Assembly (NCBI GenBank): GCA_035541435.1
Contig: DATKNL010000012.1
Location: 70,498-134,497, forward strand
Origin: Minisyncoccota bacterium
Lineage (GTDB): Bacteria; Patescibacteriota; Minisyncoccia; UBA6257; 2-01-FULL-56-20
DNA length: 64,000 nucleotides
Reading direction: 5' to 3'
The notes below the pieces were generated by a model that was given only the letters and a program-made list of their open reading frames with translations, had not been told where the DNA came from and did no database searches. Positions 1-9,639 of this stretch are shown here, in pieces. Position numbers and translations under genes: made by a program. Every line of letters starts with the position of its first letter. Positions within the stretch are counted from its first letter, which is position 1.

Positions 1-319
1 TCGTGGAACGCATGGCTCCGAACTGCCGATTGATGTTCGTCGCATCAAAGCGTTCATTGTCGGCGATCCTCACGGTTCCGACCCCCAACCGAAGAAACTT
101 CTCGGCGAGCTGACCGCCCATTCCTCCACATCCTGCAACCCCGATCGTGCAATTTCGAAGATATTCCTGCTCGTCCCGCGTTATCCAACCGAGATTCCGG
201 TCGACACGCTTCCAGTAATACGCCTCGTCCTCATTGGCGCGCAAAAGCCGATACGTCGCATCAATGCTCGGCTCTAACGGCAACTCAAGGCACTCAACCA
301 TAGAAACATCTTCCTTCAT
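1..319 (-). CDS. ThiF/MoeB/HesA (E1-like) adenylyltransferase, 5' part only (runs off the window)
   Basis: Manual translation from ATG 319: MKEDVSMVECLELPLEPSIDATYRLLRANEDEAYYWKRVDRNLGWITRDEQEYLRNCTIGVAGCGGMGGQLAEKFLRLGVGTVRIADNERFDATNINRQ. Contains the GxGGxG nucleotide-binding loop and the D-x-E-x-F-x3-N-x-N-R-Q motif. GAGGAGGGG RBS upstream. Not in the ORF track. Confidence 0.88.
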   Translation of the reverse strand, partial: MKEDVSMVECLELPLEPSIDATYRLLRANEDEAYYWKRVDRNLGWITRDEQEYLRNCTIGVAGCGGMGGQLAEKFLRLGVGTVRIADNERFDATNINRQFGAMRST

Positions 320-462
320 GTAATCCCCTCCTCTTGAAATCAAAGGTGCTGGAAGCATTATGCAATGCCGCACATTAAGAAAATCTTAAAAGATGCCGCT
401 TTGAAAACATAAAGCGGCTGGCAATTTTGACAAATCGGGCTATAATCATCGAAACGGTATCC

Positions 463-534
463 GCCCCTGTGGTGAAACGGATATCACGCATGGCTTCGAA
501 CCATGAAGTTGGGGTTCAACTCCCTACGGGGGCA
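463..534 (+). tRNA. tRNA-Arg(TCG)
   Basis: Cloverleaf GCCCCTG...CGGGGGC-A; anticodon arm CATGG-CT TCG AA-CCATG; T-loop GTTCAAC; TATAAT at 441-446 upstream; no encoded CCA. Confidence 0.95.
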
Positions 535-571
535 CGAATAGGGTGAATGGAGCTCGTAAACTCCCACCAAA

Positions 572-603
572 GAAAAAGGCCGCATCTTACGATGAAGCCT
601 TAT
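572..603 (-). terminator. Intrinsic terminator, probably bidirectional between tRNA-Arg and the putative ncRNA
   Basis: Minus strand AAGGC-UU-CAUC-GUAA-GAUG-CG-GCCUUUUUCUUU. Confidence 0.7.
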
Positions 604-952
604 TATCGTCCCTTACCGATGTCAGTAGCGCTTTCGCGTACATGCCCCAGATTGCAGGGGTCAGACATCCCGGTGCTTCGCATCCATTGCGGGGCTCAGA
701 TGCTTAGCCTTTTCTGACTACCTATTCCCCGAATGAGCTATAGCCTTTCGTTGCGCTACAGCCACATTGGCTGGATCCGGTCCGGGTCACATCTCTTGCG
801 AGATGCTCCTTTTTGGCTCTGGCAATCATGCTCGGAATCGTCGACCTCACGGCATACAACGACCCACGCTCTCTACCGTGTCGGGTTGTCCGTTTCTACT
901 ACGAGCCGTTCAGGAACTATCCTTATCATAGAGCGATCTCCAGCGAGGTCAA
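572..952 (-). ncRNA. Putative large structured non-coding RNA (~380 nt), family unknown
   Basis: Many helices on the minus strand with GNRA tetraloops; TACAAT -10 at 959-964; U-rich intrinsic terminator at the 3' end; no credible ORF. See findings. Confidence 0.65.
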
Positions 953-1016
953 ATCGCAATTGTACACAGGACAATGACCGCCTCAGCTGGTTCCATACGA
1001 GGGCGCGATCTTTCTC

Positions 1017-1424
1017 TCACCGCAAATCCTTCCTGAACACCCGGAGCGTTCCGCGCTGCTTATAGCCGCACCTGACCGCGAAGGCGAAGTTTTTCCGCTC
1101 GGTCTCGAAATAGGCCGTCGTCCCCTTCGCGCACGCCGCGATCTTCTTCATCATCCTGAGGCCGAGCCCCTGCCGTTGGTACTCCGGCGCAATCACAAGG
1201 TCGAGGATCTTCGTGTCGATCGCGAAGTCGGACAAGGCGCGGCCAAGGCCGACAAGCTCGCCGTCCTCGTTGCGGGCCGAGACGACGATGTCGCAGTTCG
1301 CGAGGGACTTCCGCATGCGCGCAGCGGAATAGTCCTTGGCCGTCCCCCATCCGAGCTCGACGTAAAGGTCGGCCGCTTCCTGCGGCTTCACCGCCTTGCG
1401 GTCGGTCGAGATCGTGACGGCCAT
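1017..1424 (-). CDS. GNAT family N-acetyltransferase
   Basis: Motif A 'LDLVIAPEYQRQGLG'; 135 aa. Confidence 0.88.
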   Translation of the reverse strand: MAVTISTDRKAVKPQEAADLYVELGWGTAKDYSAARMRKSLANCDIVVSARNEDGELVGLGRALSDFAIDTKILDLVIAPEYQRQGLGLRMMKKIAACAKGTTAYFETERKNFAFAVRCGYKQRGTLRVFRKDLR

Positions 1425-1432
1425 CGGCTCGC

Positions 1433-3178
1433 TCAGGCCTTGGACGGTTGCGCGGGAGCGGCCGCCGGCACCTTCGGGGCAGGCTTGGCCGAAGCCGCCG
1501 CCATCGCGGTAGGCTCGATATGGTCCACGCTATATTGCAGGCTGCCGCCCACCTTCTTGCCAGGATTGAACATGTTCAGCGGGTCGAAGATCTTCTTGAC
1601 TTCCTTGAACAGTTCGACGATCTCTGAACCGTACATCTCCTCGAGGTACGGCGTGCGGATCAGGCCGTCGTTGTGCTCGCCCGTGATCGAGCCGTGATAT
1701 TGGAAAACGAGCCGGTACACCTTTTCGGAAATCTCGGGGATGAGCGCCCGCACGCGCGGATTCGAAAGGTCCATGAGCGGGATGATGTGGAAGTTGCCGT
1801 TGCCCGGATGGCCGGCGATCGTATAGATCAGGTCCTTTTCATAAGGGTCGAGGATCGCGTTGAGCTTCGGCATGAATTCGGGCAGGTATTCCGGCTTCAC
1901 GACGAAGTCGTCGATGAACGGGGCCGTGTCCTTGCCCGTCGTGTTGTTGTGCAGCAGCGCGAAGCTCTGGCGGCGGATCGTCCAATATTTCTCCTCGTCG
2001 CTCTCCTTCGTGAGCGGCCGCACGCTGATGCCGGAACGCGTCTTCGCAAAGCGGCGCACGTCGTCGGCGAGCTGGTTGAGCTTCGCGACGAGCTCCGGCT
2101 CGTCGTCGCCCGTGAGCTCGACGAGCACGATCATCTTCGGCATGCCGCCCGTCATCACCATCCACATCTCGGGCAGGAACTGGAACCCGAGCGTGATCGC
2201 GTTGCCCTTCATTGAGCGCAGGACCTGGCGCCACAGCTTGACCGCCACCTGGATCGTCTTGTCGTCATAGGACTCGATGCTTTCGGGATGGAACCGCAGC
2301 ACCTCGACAACGAGGTCGGCGACCCACTTGAGGTCGTTCACGAAGATGACCGCGAGCCGCGAATGCTTCTTCGCGCGGACGAGGCCGAGCTTCGCCTCGG
2401 TGAGCAGGCCGAACGTCCCCTGCGAGCCGACGATGAGCTTCGTGAGGTCGAACGTGTTCTTGTCCCAGACGTTCCAAAGGTAATAGCCCGCCGAATTCTT
2501 CGAGACGTCCGGCTTCGCCTTCTTGATGACGTCGTAATGCTTGTCCATGAGGTCGTACAGCTTGCGATAGAGGTCGCCCTCGAAGCCCTGCTCGTTCAGC
2601 TTGGCGCGCAGCTCGCCGCCGGCGAGCGGCCGGATCGTGTGCTCCTCGCCGTCGCTCATCACGAGCTTCAGCTCGCGCACGTAATCCTCGGTCTTGCCAT
2701 ACGCCAGCGTCTTCTCGCCGCCCGAATTGTTGTTCACGATGCCGCCCATGGCGCAGAGCTCCTTCGAGGCGGGATAGGACGGATAGAGCAGGCCCTTCGG
2801 CTTGAGCTCCTTCTCGAAGTCCCGGTAATAGACGCCGGGCTCGACGACCGCATAGGGTTCGCCGGTCACCGGGGACGACTCCGCGACCTCCTTCACGTGG
2901 TTGAAATACTTGGTGAACGAAACGATGATCCCCTGCGAAAGCGGGCCGCCCGTCATGTCGGTTCCGGCGGACCGGCCGGTGATCGAGATGTCCTCCCCCG
3001 CCGCGCGCTTCGCGGCGACGAACTTCACGAGGTTGCGAACGTCGTCGACGTCCTTCGGGAAGACGACGACCTTCGGCCGCACCTTGAAGACGGAATAGTC
3101 GCGGCTGTACTTTTCGAGCGTCGCGTCGTCGACCGCCACGTCGCCATGCAGGAACTGCTTGATCTCTTCTGCGATCAT
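1433..3178 (-). CDS. FAD-binding oxidoreductase, VAO/GlcD/D-lactate dehydrogenase family
   Basis: FAD_binding_4-type 'P..VV.P...DV...V', 'RSAGTDMTGG', 'GSQGTFG'; C-terminal 'GEHNDG' and 'FDPLNMFNPGK'. Start moved to ATG 3178, 7 nt after TGATAGAAT. Confidence 0.9.
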   Translation of the reverse strand: MIAEEIKQFLHGDVAVDDATLEKYSRDYSVFKVRPKVVVFPKDVDDVRNLVKFVAAKRAAGEDISITGRSAGTDMTGGPLSQGIIVSFTKYFNHVKEVAESSPVTGEPYAVVEPGVYYRDFEKELKPKGLLYPSYPASKELCAMGGIVNNNSGGEKTLAYGKTEDYVRELKLVMSDGEEHTIRPLAGGELRAKLNEQGFEGDLYRKLYDLMDKHYDVIKKAKPDVSKNSAGYYLWNVWDKNTFDLTKLIVGSQGTFGLLTEAKLGLVRAKKHSRLAVIFVNDLKWVADLVVEVLRFHPESIESYDDKTIQVAVKLWRQVLRSMKGNAITLGFQFLPEMWMVMTGGMPKMIVLVELTGDDEPELVAKLNQLADDVRRFAKTRSGISVRPLTKESDEEKYWTIRRQSFALLHNNTTGKDTAPFIDDFVVKPEYLPEFMPKLNAILDPYEKDLIYTIAGHPGNGNFHIIPLMDLSNPRVRALIPEISEKVYRLVFQYHGSITGEHNDGLIRTPYLEEMYGSEIVELFKEVKKIFDPLNMFNPGKKVGGSLQYSVDHIEPTAMAAASAKPAPKVPAAAPAQPSKA

Positions 3179-3214
3179 TACTCTCATTCTATCACATGGC
3201 CCCGGGCCGCCCTG

Positions 3215-3796
3215 TTAAAAACGGGCTTTGGCCGCCCCTTGGCGCAGCACGGTGACGGCGCCATCCCGCAGGGCGATCAGCGTCGACGGCGGAGCGTCAC
3301 GGCGGCCGGCATCGACATAGAAATCGACGCGGTCGCCGAAATAGCGCTTCGCCTCGCTTAGGGTCTTGGCGGGCGGTTTTCCTTCGAGGTTCGCACTCGG
3401 CGCGACAAGCGGCCCCGCCTTCGCAAGCAGCGACCGCAGCCACGCAGCCTTCGGCATGCGGAAGGCCAGCGTCTTCGTCCCCCGGTGAAGGTAGGCGAAG
3501 CGGCTTCGCGCCGGCAGGGGCGCTATCACACTTATGGGCCCAGGCCAAGATTTCTTTAATATTTTTTTCATGAATGCGTCGGGACGGATGCCGAACAGCC
3601 CGAGGTCGCGCACGGACCCTACCAGGATGATCATCGGCTTCTTCGGGTTTCGCCGCCGCACCCGATAGATCCGCAGCACCGCCGTGCGGTCGAGCGCCGA
3701 TCCGACGATGCCATAGAGCGTGTCGGTCGGGAGCACGCCGATGGCGCCGTTTTGCAGCATCGGAGCGATAAAATGATTGATTTTCCTGATGTTCAT
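3215..3796 (-). CDS. tsaC: L-threonylcarbamoyladenylate synthase (TsaC/YrdC/Sua5 family)
   Basis: 'PTDTLYGI', 'WPGPISV', 'PSAN', 'PSTLI' motifs. Confidence 0.92.
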   Translation of the reverse strand: MNIRKINHFIAPMLQNGAIGVLPTDTLYGIVGSALDRTAVLRIYRVRRRNPKKPMIILVGSVRDLGLFGIRPDAFMKKILKKSWPGPISVIAPLPARSRFAYLHRGTKTLAFRMPKAAWLRSLLAKAGPLVAPSANLEGKPPAKTLSEAKRYFGDRVDFYVDAGRRDAPPSTLIALRDGAVTVLRQGAAKARF

Positions 3797-3811
3797 GGTA
3801 TAACTTACATT

Positions 3812-4393
3812 ATGGACAAGTTGAGCGCGACGAGCAAAGTGATCATCATCGCGGTCGTGGTCTGCCTCGTCATTTTCGCCATCTTCCTCTATGGAGGGCC
3901 GAAGACCTCGTCGGCTCCGGCCTCGCCGTCGCCGGCAGGCTCCGCCGAAACCGCGGCTACGGCCGGCACGGAAACGTCGTCGGTCACGACGTCGACGCTC
4001 CCGACCACCCAGGGAACGGGATCATCGAAGCCGGTTTCCGGATCGGCGCCGAAGCCCGTGACGAAGCCGCAGAACGCTATCAAGATCATCACCCCGGTCT
4101 CGGGCGACGAATGGAAGATCGGCGTGACAAACCCGGTTTCGTGGACGCCCGAAGCGAACTTCACCGGCGAGATCGACCTCGTCGATGCGAAGACCGGAAC
4201 GGTCATCGGCGTCATCCTTTCGGAAACCGGACCGCACCAGACCTCCTATGGCTGGAACACCCGCGAGATCTCGCTTAACCGCTACAGCCCGCTCAAGAAG
4301 GAGGTTGCGGCCGGCACCTATAAGGTCAGGATGAAGTTCGACGGCAACAACCTGCCGACGATCACGAGTCCGACCTTCACGATCACGAACTGA
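3812..4393 (+). CDS. Membrane-anchored surface protein, Ser/Thr/Pro linker plus C-terminal Ig-like domain
   Basis: N-terminal TM helix (VIIIAVVVCLVIFAIFLY), low-complexity linker, 'IKIITPVSGDEWKIG..VSW...GTYKVRM...SPTFTI' beta-sandwich pattern. Start reassigned to ATG 3812. Confidence 0.75.
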   Translation: MDKLSATSKVIIIAVVVCLVIFAIFLYGGPKTSSAPASPSPAGSAETAATAGTETSSVTTSTLPTTQGTGSSKPVSGSAPKPVTKPQNAIKIITPVSGDEWKIGVTNPVSWTPEANFTGEIDLVDAKTGTVIGVILSETGPHQTSYGWNTREISLNRYSPLKKEVAAGTYKVRMKFDGNNLPTITSPTFTITN

Positions 4394-5756
4394 GCGAACG
4401 GCGACCCCTCAGCCTCTTGTGATACCCGATGGCGAATCGGTGCGCCTCGTCGCGCACCCGCACGAGCGTCTCTTTGGTGACGCCCTTCGGGATGGCGCCG
4501 ATCACGTCGTTGCGCTTGCGTTCGGCGCCCTTCGCGATGCCGAGGATCGGGATCCTGAGGCCGGCGCGCAGGATCACCTTCTTCGCCGCGTTCGCCTGCG
4601 CGACGCCGCCGTCGATCAGGATGAGGTCGGGCAGGCGCCAGGCGTCCGGCTCGACGGTGCCGTCCCTGCCGACGCGCGCGCGTTCCCCTGCGGAATCATC
4701 CGCGATTCCCTTCCGAAGCCAGTCCTTCGGCCGCGTCGACGGCGCGTGGCGGGAAAACCGCCGCTCGAGCACCTCGGTCAGCATGCCGACGTCGTTCGGC
4801 TGGAAGATGCTCCTGATCCTGAATTTTCGGTATTCGTTCTTGTTCGGTTCGCCATCCTCGAAGACCACCATCGATCCTACGGCGTCGGTTCCCGAAATAT
4901 TCGAAATGTCATAGCCCTCGATGCGATAGGGCTCGGCGCGGTCCTCGCCCGGCGCACCGCGGCCGCGGCCGTCCTTCGACATGGCCGGGCCGGCGACGAT
5001 CGGCGAATCAGAAATGAAGGCTGTGTCGCGGATGTGCCGCAGCGAGAAAAGCTGGCGGCGCAGCTTCTCGGCCTTCTCGAAATCAAGACGCCTGCTCGCG
5101 GCCTTCATGTCGTCCTCGAACGACCTGATCACGCTCTTCTTGCGCCCTTCGAGGAAGAGCCGCAGGCGCCCGATGGTGCGCGCATATTCGCGCTGCGAGA
5201 CGGCGCCGATGCACGTTCCGGGACAGAGCCCGACTTCATAATCGAAGCAGGGACGCCTGAACGTGCCGATGGTTTCGGGGTCGTGGGTGTTCCACGGGAA
5301 GATCCTGCGCAGGATGCGCAGCGCCTCGCGGGCGCTGTGGGCGGACGTGAACGGCCCGAACCGGCGGCCGCGGCCGAGGCCCCGCTTCACGGCATCGGCG
5401 TTCGGCGTCCCGCGCACGAGCAGCACGCGCGGAAACTTCTCCTTCGTGATCTCAATATAGAGGAAGCTCTTGTCGTCCTTTTCGCGCACGTTGAACGGCG
5501 GTTCGTATTTCTTGATGAGCTCGGCCTCGAGGATCAGCGCCTCGAGCGCGCTGTCGGTCGGACGGTAGTCGACCGAGCGGATGAGCTCGACAAGCCGCTC
5601 GATGCGCACGTCGTGCGGCCGCTCGAAATAGCTCGAAACGCGCCGGCGCAGGTTCGCGGCCTTGCCGACGTACAGGATGCCGCCCCCTTCGCCCTTCATA
5701 AGATAAACGCCCGGCGTGTCCGGGAGTTTTTTGTATGGGATATCGGTCTTAACCAT
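4383..5756 (-). CDS. uvrC: Excinuclease ABC subunit C (short form, no C-terminal HhH)
   Basis: GIY-YIG 'PGVYLM...LYVGKA.NLR.RV.SYF', UVR 'LDFEKAEKLR', RNase H-like 'IEGYDISN...LILIDGG...RDEAHRFAI'. Confidence 0.95.
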   Translation of the reverse strand: MVKTDIPYKKLPDTPGVYLMKGEGGGILYVGKAANLRRRVSSYFERPHDVRIERLVELIRSVDYRPTDSALEALILEAELIKKYEPPFNVREKDDKSFLYIEITKEKFPRVLLVRGTPNADAVKRGLGRGRRFGPFTSAHSAREALRILRRIFPWNTHDPETIGTFRRPCFDYEVGLCPGTCIGAVSQREYARTIGRLRLFLEGRKKSVIRSFEDDMKAASRRLDFEKAEKLRRQLFSLRHIRDTAFISDSPIVAGPAMSKDGRGRGAPGEDRAEPYRIEGYDISNISGTDAVGSMVVFEDGEPNKNEYRKFRIRSIFQPNDVGMLTEVLERRFSRHAPSTRPKDWLRKGIADDSAGERARVGRDGTVEPDAWRLPDLILIDGGVAQANAAKKVILRAGLRIPILGIAKGAERKRNDVIGAIPKGVTKETLVRVRDEAHRFAIGYHKRLRGRRSLSS

Positions 5757-5806
5757 TTTTTAATCCCCTCTATTATACTGGACCGCCGCCCGCGCTCAAG
5801 GACCGC

Positions 5807-6085
5807 TCACCCTTCGAAGAGGACGTGCACCGCGCACTTCACGTTCAGCGGATAGGTCCCCTCGATCTCCTCGTTGATGCGCTCGAGCGAGACGTGCGGC
5901 TGCCCGTTCTCGAAGTGCAGGGCGTCGTTCTCGATATAGGCGATCTTGTGCATCATGGCGTCATAGACATAGGTCCGGTCGAAATAGCCGAGCAGCTGGT
6001 TGTCGGCGGAGCGAATGTGGCTGCCCTCGATCCAGCCCATCTTCTGCCCGTGGTGATAGACCTTGTTCTCGATGATCTGCGGCAT
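5807..6085 (-). CDS. Hypothetical protein with short beta repeats (92 aa)
   Basis: MPQIIENKVYHHGQKMGWIEGSHIRSADNQLLGYF...; leaderless-type TGCTATACT-6nt-ATG. Confidence 0.75.
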   Translation of the reverse strand: MPQIIENKVYHHGQKMGWIEGSHIRSADNQLLGYFDRTYVYDAMMHKIAYIENDALHFENGQPHVSLERINEEIEGTYPLNVKCAVHVLFEG

Positions 6086-6150
6086 GGCTTCAGTATAGCA
6101 GAACGAAAAAGCGCCGGTCCCGATGAACGGGCCGGCGCATGTCACTCCCT

Positions 6151-6891
6151 TCAGTTCCGCTGGCGGGAAAAGACGTGATAGACAAGGTGGTTGTCGAAGT
6201 TCCCCTCATAGAACACGAGCGCGGTGAGCAGTCCGCCGCGCGCGCACTTCGTATCGACGGGATACAGGTTGCCCCGCTGGGGATATTCCCACACCTTGCC
6301 GACCTCGACCCGGATGGATTCGTGACCGAACACGACGGGCTTCGCCGTGCGCGGATACGTCACACACCATCCAGGCAGCCCGTCGGTCGCCTTCTTCTCG
6401 CGACGGACCTGGTACGGCGGCTCGCCGAGCAGGACCGCCATCCCCTCGTGTGTCCGCTGCTGTTCGGCGAGCGGGATGCCATAACGGAGCCCCGCATGCA
6501 CGATGGTCACATCCTCGAGTTCCCTGAACAGCGGGAGCTTCGAGAAATATTCGAGGGCGTCGCCATAACCGATGCCGATGCCGTTCCTGCCTGCGGCCTC
6601 GAACTGGGCGATCGTCCTCCGATGGGACGCGGACAGGCATTCCGGCGGCATCTGCTTCTTGTTCTTGTCGGCCCACAGGTGGCGCACCTCATGATTGCCG
6701 CACACCGGTTTCGCGCCGATGTCCATGAGCAGCCTGATCACCCGCGGGGAATCGGAATCAGGGCCGCCGTTGACCGTATCCCCGACCGGAATGACGGTAT
6801 CGGACGGCATGAGGCCGATCCGGCTGAACAGCTCGTCCAGTTCGACATAACAACCATGGATGTCCCCTACGATGACATATCGCTTCGACAC
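6151..6891 (-). CDS. Calcineurin-like metallophosphoesterase (ApaH/PrpE-like)
   Basis: 'GDIHG', 'GDTVNGGPDS', 'GNHE', 'VHAG', 'VFGH', 'DT.C..GG.LTA'; GTG start with AAGGAGG RBS. Confidence 0.9.
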   Translation of the reverse strand: MSKRYVIVGDIHGCYVELDELFSRIGLMPSDTVIPVGDTVNGGPDSDSPRVIRLLMDIGAKPVCGNHEVRHLWADKNKKQMPPECLSASHRRTIAQFEAAGRNGIGIGYGDALEYFSKLPLFRELEDVTIVHAGLRYGIPLAEQQRTHEGMAVLLGEPPYQVRREKKATDGLPGWCVTYPRTAKPVVFGHESIRVEVGKVWEYPQRGNLYPVDTKCARGGLLTALVFYEGNFDNHLVYHVFSRQRN

Positions 6892-6936
6892 AACCCCTCC
6901 TTGGCTTGAAACGTGCGAAAACGCGCTGGCTCCAGC

Positions 6937-9510
6937 TTAGCGCATCGCGAGCAGTTTGCGCAAATACTGCCCGGTGAAGCTGCCCGCCTTGCGGGCGACC
7001 TGCTCGGGCGTGCCGACCGCGACGATCTGGCCGCCGCGCTCGCCGCCTTCGGGGCCGAGGTCGATGATCCAGTCCGCGGTCTTGATCACGTCGAGGTTGT
7101 GCTCGATCACGACGATCGTGTTCCCGCGGTCGACCAGGCGCTGCATCACCTTGATGAGCTGGTCGACGTCGGCGAAATGCAGCCCGGTCGTCGGCTCGTC
7201 GAGCAGATAAAGCGTGCGGCGCGTGTCGCGCTTGCCGAGCTCCGCGCCAAGCTTGATGCGCTGCGCCTCGCCACCCGAGAGCGTCGTTGCGGACTGGCCG
7301 AGCTCGAGATAGCCCAGGCCGACCTCTTCGAGGATCGCAAGCTTCTCGTGGAGCCAGGGGATGTCGCCGAAGAACTTCACCGACTCCTCGATCGTCATCT
7401 TCAGGATGTCATAGATGCTCTTTCCTTTATATTCCACCTCGAGGGTCTCGCGGTCGAACCGCCGGCCCTTGCAGACGTCGCAGGTCACATAGACGGTCGG
7501 CAGGAAGTGCATCTCGATCGCGATCGTGCCGTGGCCCTCGCAGTTCTCGCAGCGGCCGCCCGGGACGTTGAAGCTGAACCGTCCCGGCTTGTAGCCGCGC
7601 ACCCGCGCGTCCTCGGTCGAGGCGAAGAGGTCGCGGATGTGGGTCCAGGCGCCGACATAGGTCGCCGGGTTCGACCGCGGCGTGCGGCCGATCGCGGACT
7701 GGTCGATGTTGATGATACGGTTGATGTATTCGAGTCCCAGGATCTGCTGATAGCCGCCGGCCTTGTGGTTCGCGCGGTTCAGCTTGTCGGCGACCGCCTT
7801 ATAGAGGACGTCATACACGAGGCTCGACTTGCCCGAGCCCGAGACGCCCGTCACGGCCGTGAGCCGGCGCAGCGGAATGTCGACGTCGAGGCCCTTGAGG
7901 TTGTTGGCATGCGCGCCGCGGATCTTCAGGAACTCCTGCGAGCTCCCCTTCTTCTCGCCGTCCTTCGCCGACGGCAGGCGCACGGCGCGCCGCTCGGACG
8001 GGACCTCGATGAACTGCTTGCCCCGCAGGTACTGCAGCGTGAGCGAGTTCTGCTTCGCATCCTTCAGGATCTCGGGCATGGGGCCCTTCGCGACGACGCG
8101 GCCGCCGTGCACCCCGGCCGCCGGGCCGATGTCGACGAGATAGTCCGCCGCGCGGATCGTGTCCTCGTCGTGCTCGACGACGACGATCGTGTTGCCGAGG
8201 TCGCGCAGGTCCTGCAGGGTCCTGATGAGCTTCGCGTTGTCGCGCTGATGGAGGCCGATCGTCGGCTCGTCGAGGATGTAGAGCGTGCCGACCAGGCGCG
8301 AGCCGATCTGCGACGCGAGCCTGATGCGCTGAGCCTCGCCGCCCGAGAGCGTTCCCGCCTTGCGGTCGAGGGTCAGATAGTCGAGCCCCACGTCCATCAT
8401 GAACCTGAGCCGCGACGTGATCTCGCGGAGCGGGGCTTCGGCGACCTCGGTCATCGATTCGCTCCTGAACTTCATGGCGCCGAAGAATGCGAAGGCGTTC
8501 TCGATCGACAGGCCGACGACCGAATTGATGTTCTTGCCGTCGATCAGCACGTTGAGGCTCTCGACGCGCAGGCGCTTGCCTTCGCAGACCGGGCAGATCT
8601 CGTCGGACCACAGGTCCTTCGTGCCGAGGCCGTGGCATTCGGGACAGGCGCCATAGGGACTGTTGAACGAGAACAGGCGCGGCTCGATCTCGGGGAACGA
8701 GAAGCCGTCGTGCGGACAGGTGAACTTCGCCGAGAGCGATACCTCCTTGTCGGCGATGATCGTCGCGACGTCGTTGCCATATTTGAGCGCGTGCTCGATC
8801 GCCTCGGCGAGGCGCAGGCGGTTGTCCTTGTCCTTGAAATCCATGCTCGACGGGATGCGGTCGATGACGAGGTCGATGTCGTGCGTCTTGTAGCGCGACA
8901 GCTCGACCCGCTCGCGGAGCGAGTGATATTTGCCGTCGATGCGGACTTCGGAAAATCCGGCGTTCAGGAAGTCATAGAGCATCTGGTAATATTCGCCTTT
9001 CCGGCCGCGGACGACCGGCGCAAGGATCACGAGGTTGCTGCCGGCCTTCCCTTTCGCGCCGCCCTGGCTCTGCCGCGCGAAGTCGATCGCGACGTCGACG
9101 ATCTCTTCGTTCGTGAGCTTCTTGATCTCGCGGCCGCAGGTCGGGCAATACGGCTTGCCGGCGCGGGCGAACAGCACGCGCAGATAGTCGTAGATCTCGG
9201 TGATCGTCGCGACGGTCGAGCGGGGGTTCGAGGAATGGCTCTTCTGGTCGATCGAGATCGCGGGCGAGAGGCCCTCGATGTCGTCGACGTCCGGCTTGTC
9301 GAGGCGGCCCAAAAACTGCCGCGCATAGGCGGAGAGCGACTCGATGTAGCGGCGCTGGCCCTCGGCGAAGATCGTGTCGAACGCGAGCGACGACTTGCCC
9401 GACCCCGAAAGGCCGGTGAAGACGACCATCTTGTCGCGCGGGATCTCGAGGCTCACGTCCTTAAGGTTGTGCTCGCGGGCGCCTTTGATGATGATTTTGT
9501 CGTGGGGCAT
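6937..9510 (-). CDS. uvrA: Excinuclease ABC subunit A
   Basis: Two ABC modules (GLSGSGKSS / [17 protein letters not shown] twice), zinc fingers. Confidence 0.98.
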   Translation of the reverse strand: MPHDKIIIKGAREHNLKDVSLEIPRDKMVVFTGLSGSGKSSLAFDTIFAEGQRRYIESLSAYARQFLGRLDKPDVDDIEGLSPAISIDQKSHSSNPRSTVATITEIYDYLRVLFARAGKPYCPTCGREIKKLTNEEIVDVAIDFARQSQGGAKGKAGSNLVILAPVVRGRKGEYYQMLYDFLNAGFSEVRIDGKYHSLRERVELSRYKTHDIDLVIDRIPSSMDFKDKDNRLRLAEAIEHALKYGNDVATIIADKEVSLSAKFTCPHDGFSFPEIEPRLFSFNSPYGACPECHGLGTKDLWSDEICPVCEGKRLRVESLNVLIDGKNINSVVGLSIENAFAFFGAMKFRSESMTEVAEAPLREITSRLRFMMDVGLDYLTLDRKAGTLSGGEAQRIRLASQIGSRLVGTLYILDEPTIGLHQRDNAKLIRTLQDLRDLGNTIVVVEHDEDTIRAADYLVDIGPAAGVHGGRVVAKGPMPEILKDAKQNSLTLQYLRGKQFIEVPSERRAVRLPSAKDGEKKGSSQEFLKIRGAHANNLKGLDVDIPLRRLTAVTGVSGSGKSSLVYDVLYKAVADKLNRANHKAGGYQQILGLEYINRIINIDQSAIGRTPRSNPATYVGAWTHIRDLFASTEDARVRGYKPGRFSFNVPGGRCENCEGHGTIAIEMHFLPTVYVTCDVCKGRRFDRETLEVEYKGKSIYDILKMTIEESVKFFGDIPWLHEKLAILEEVGLGYLELGQSATTLSGGEAQRIKLGAELGKRDTRRTLYLLDEPTTGLHFADVDQLIKVMQRLVDRGNTIVVIEHNLDVIKTADWIIDLGPEGGERGGQIVAVGTPEQVARKAGSFTGQYLRKLLAMR

Positions 9511-9639
9511 GGGAATAACAAACGTTCCCCCGAGCCGGGCTCATAGGGGGTAGCTGTCGTTCAGTTATGGATCCATGATAGCGCCCTGCGGCGGTTTTCG
9601 CAAATCGCCGGCATGAACGCGGCGCCCAACTCGGCGGCG

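Noticed and set aside
572-952. RNase P RNA, tmRNA or group I/II intron identity for the structured element
   Set aside because: Conserved signatures (GAGGAAAGUCC, tRNA-like ends with tag ORF, P7 order, domain V) were not found by eye; left unassigned.
733-1065. 110-aa ORF on +
   Set aside because: No motif, atypical composition, overlaps the GNAT gene end and the structured minus-strand element.
6913-9546. Long antisense ORFs (877 aa here; similar ones opposite uvrB, atpA/atpD, dnaK, dnaB, smc)
   Set aside because: Shadow frames expected from high GC3 codon bias opposite well-conserved genes.
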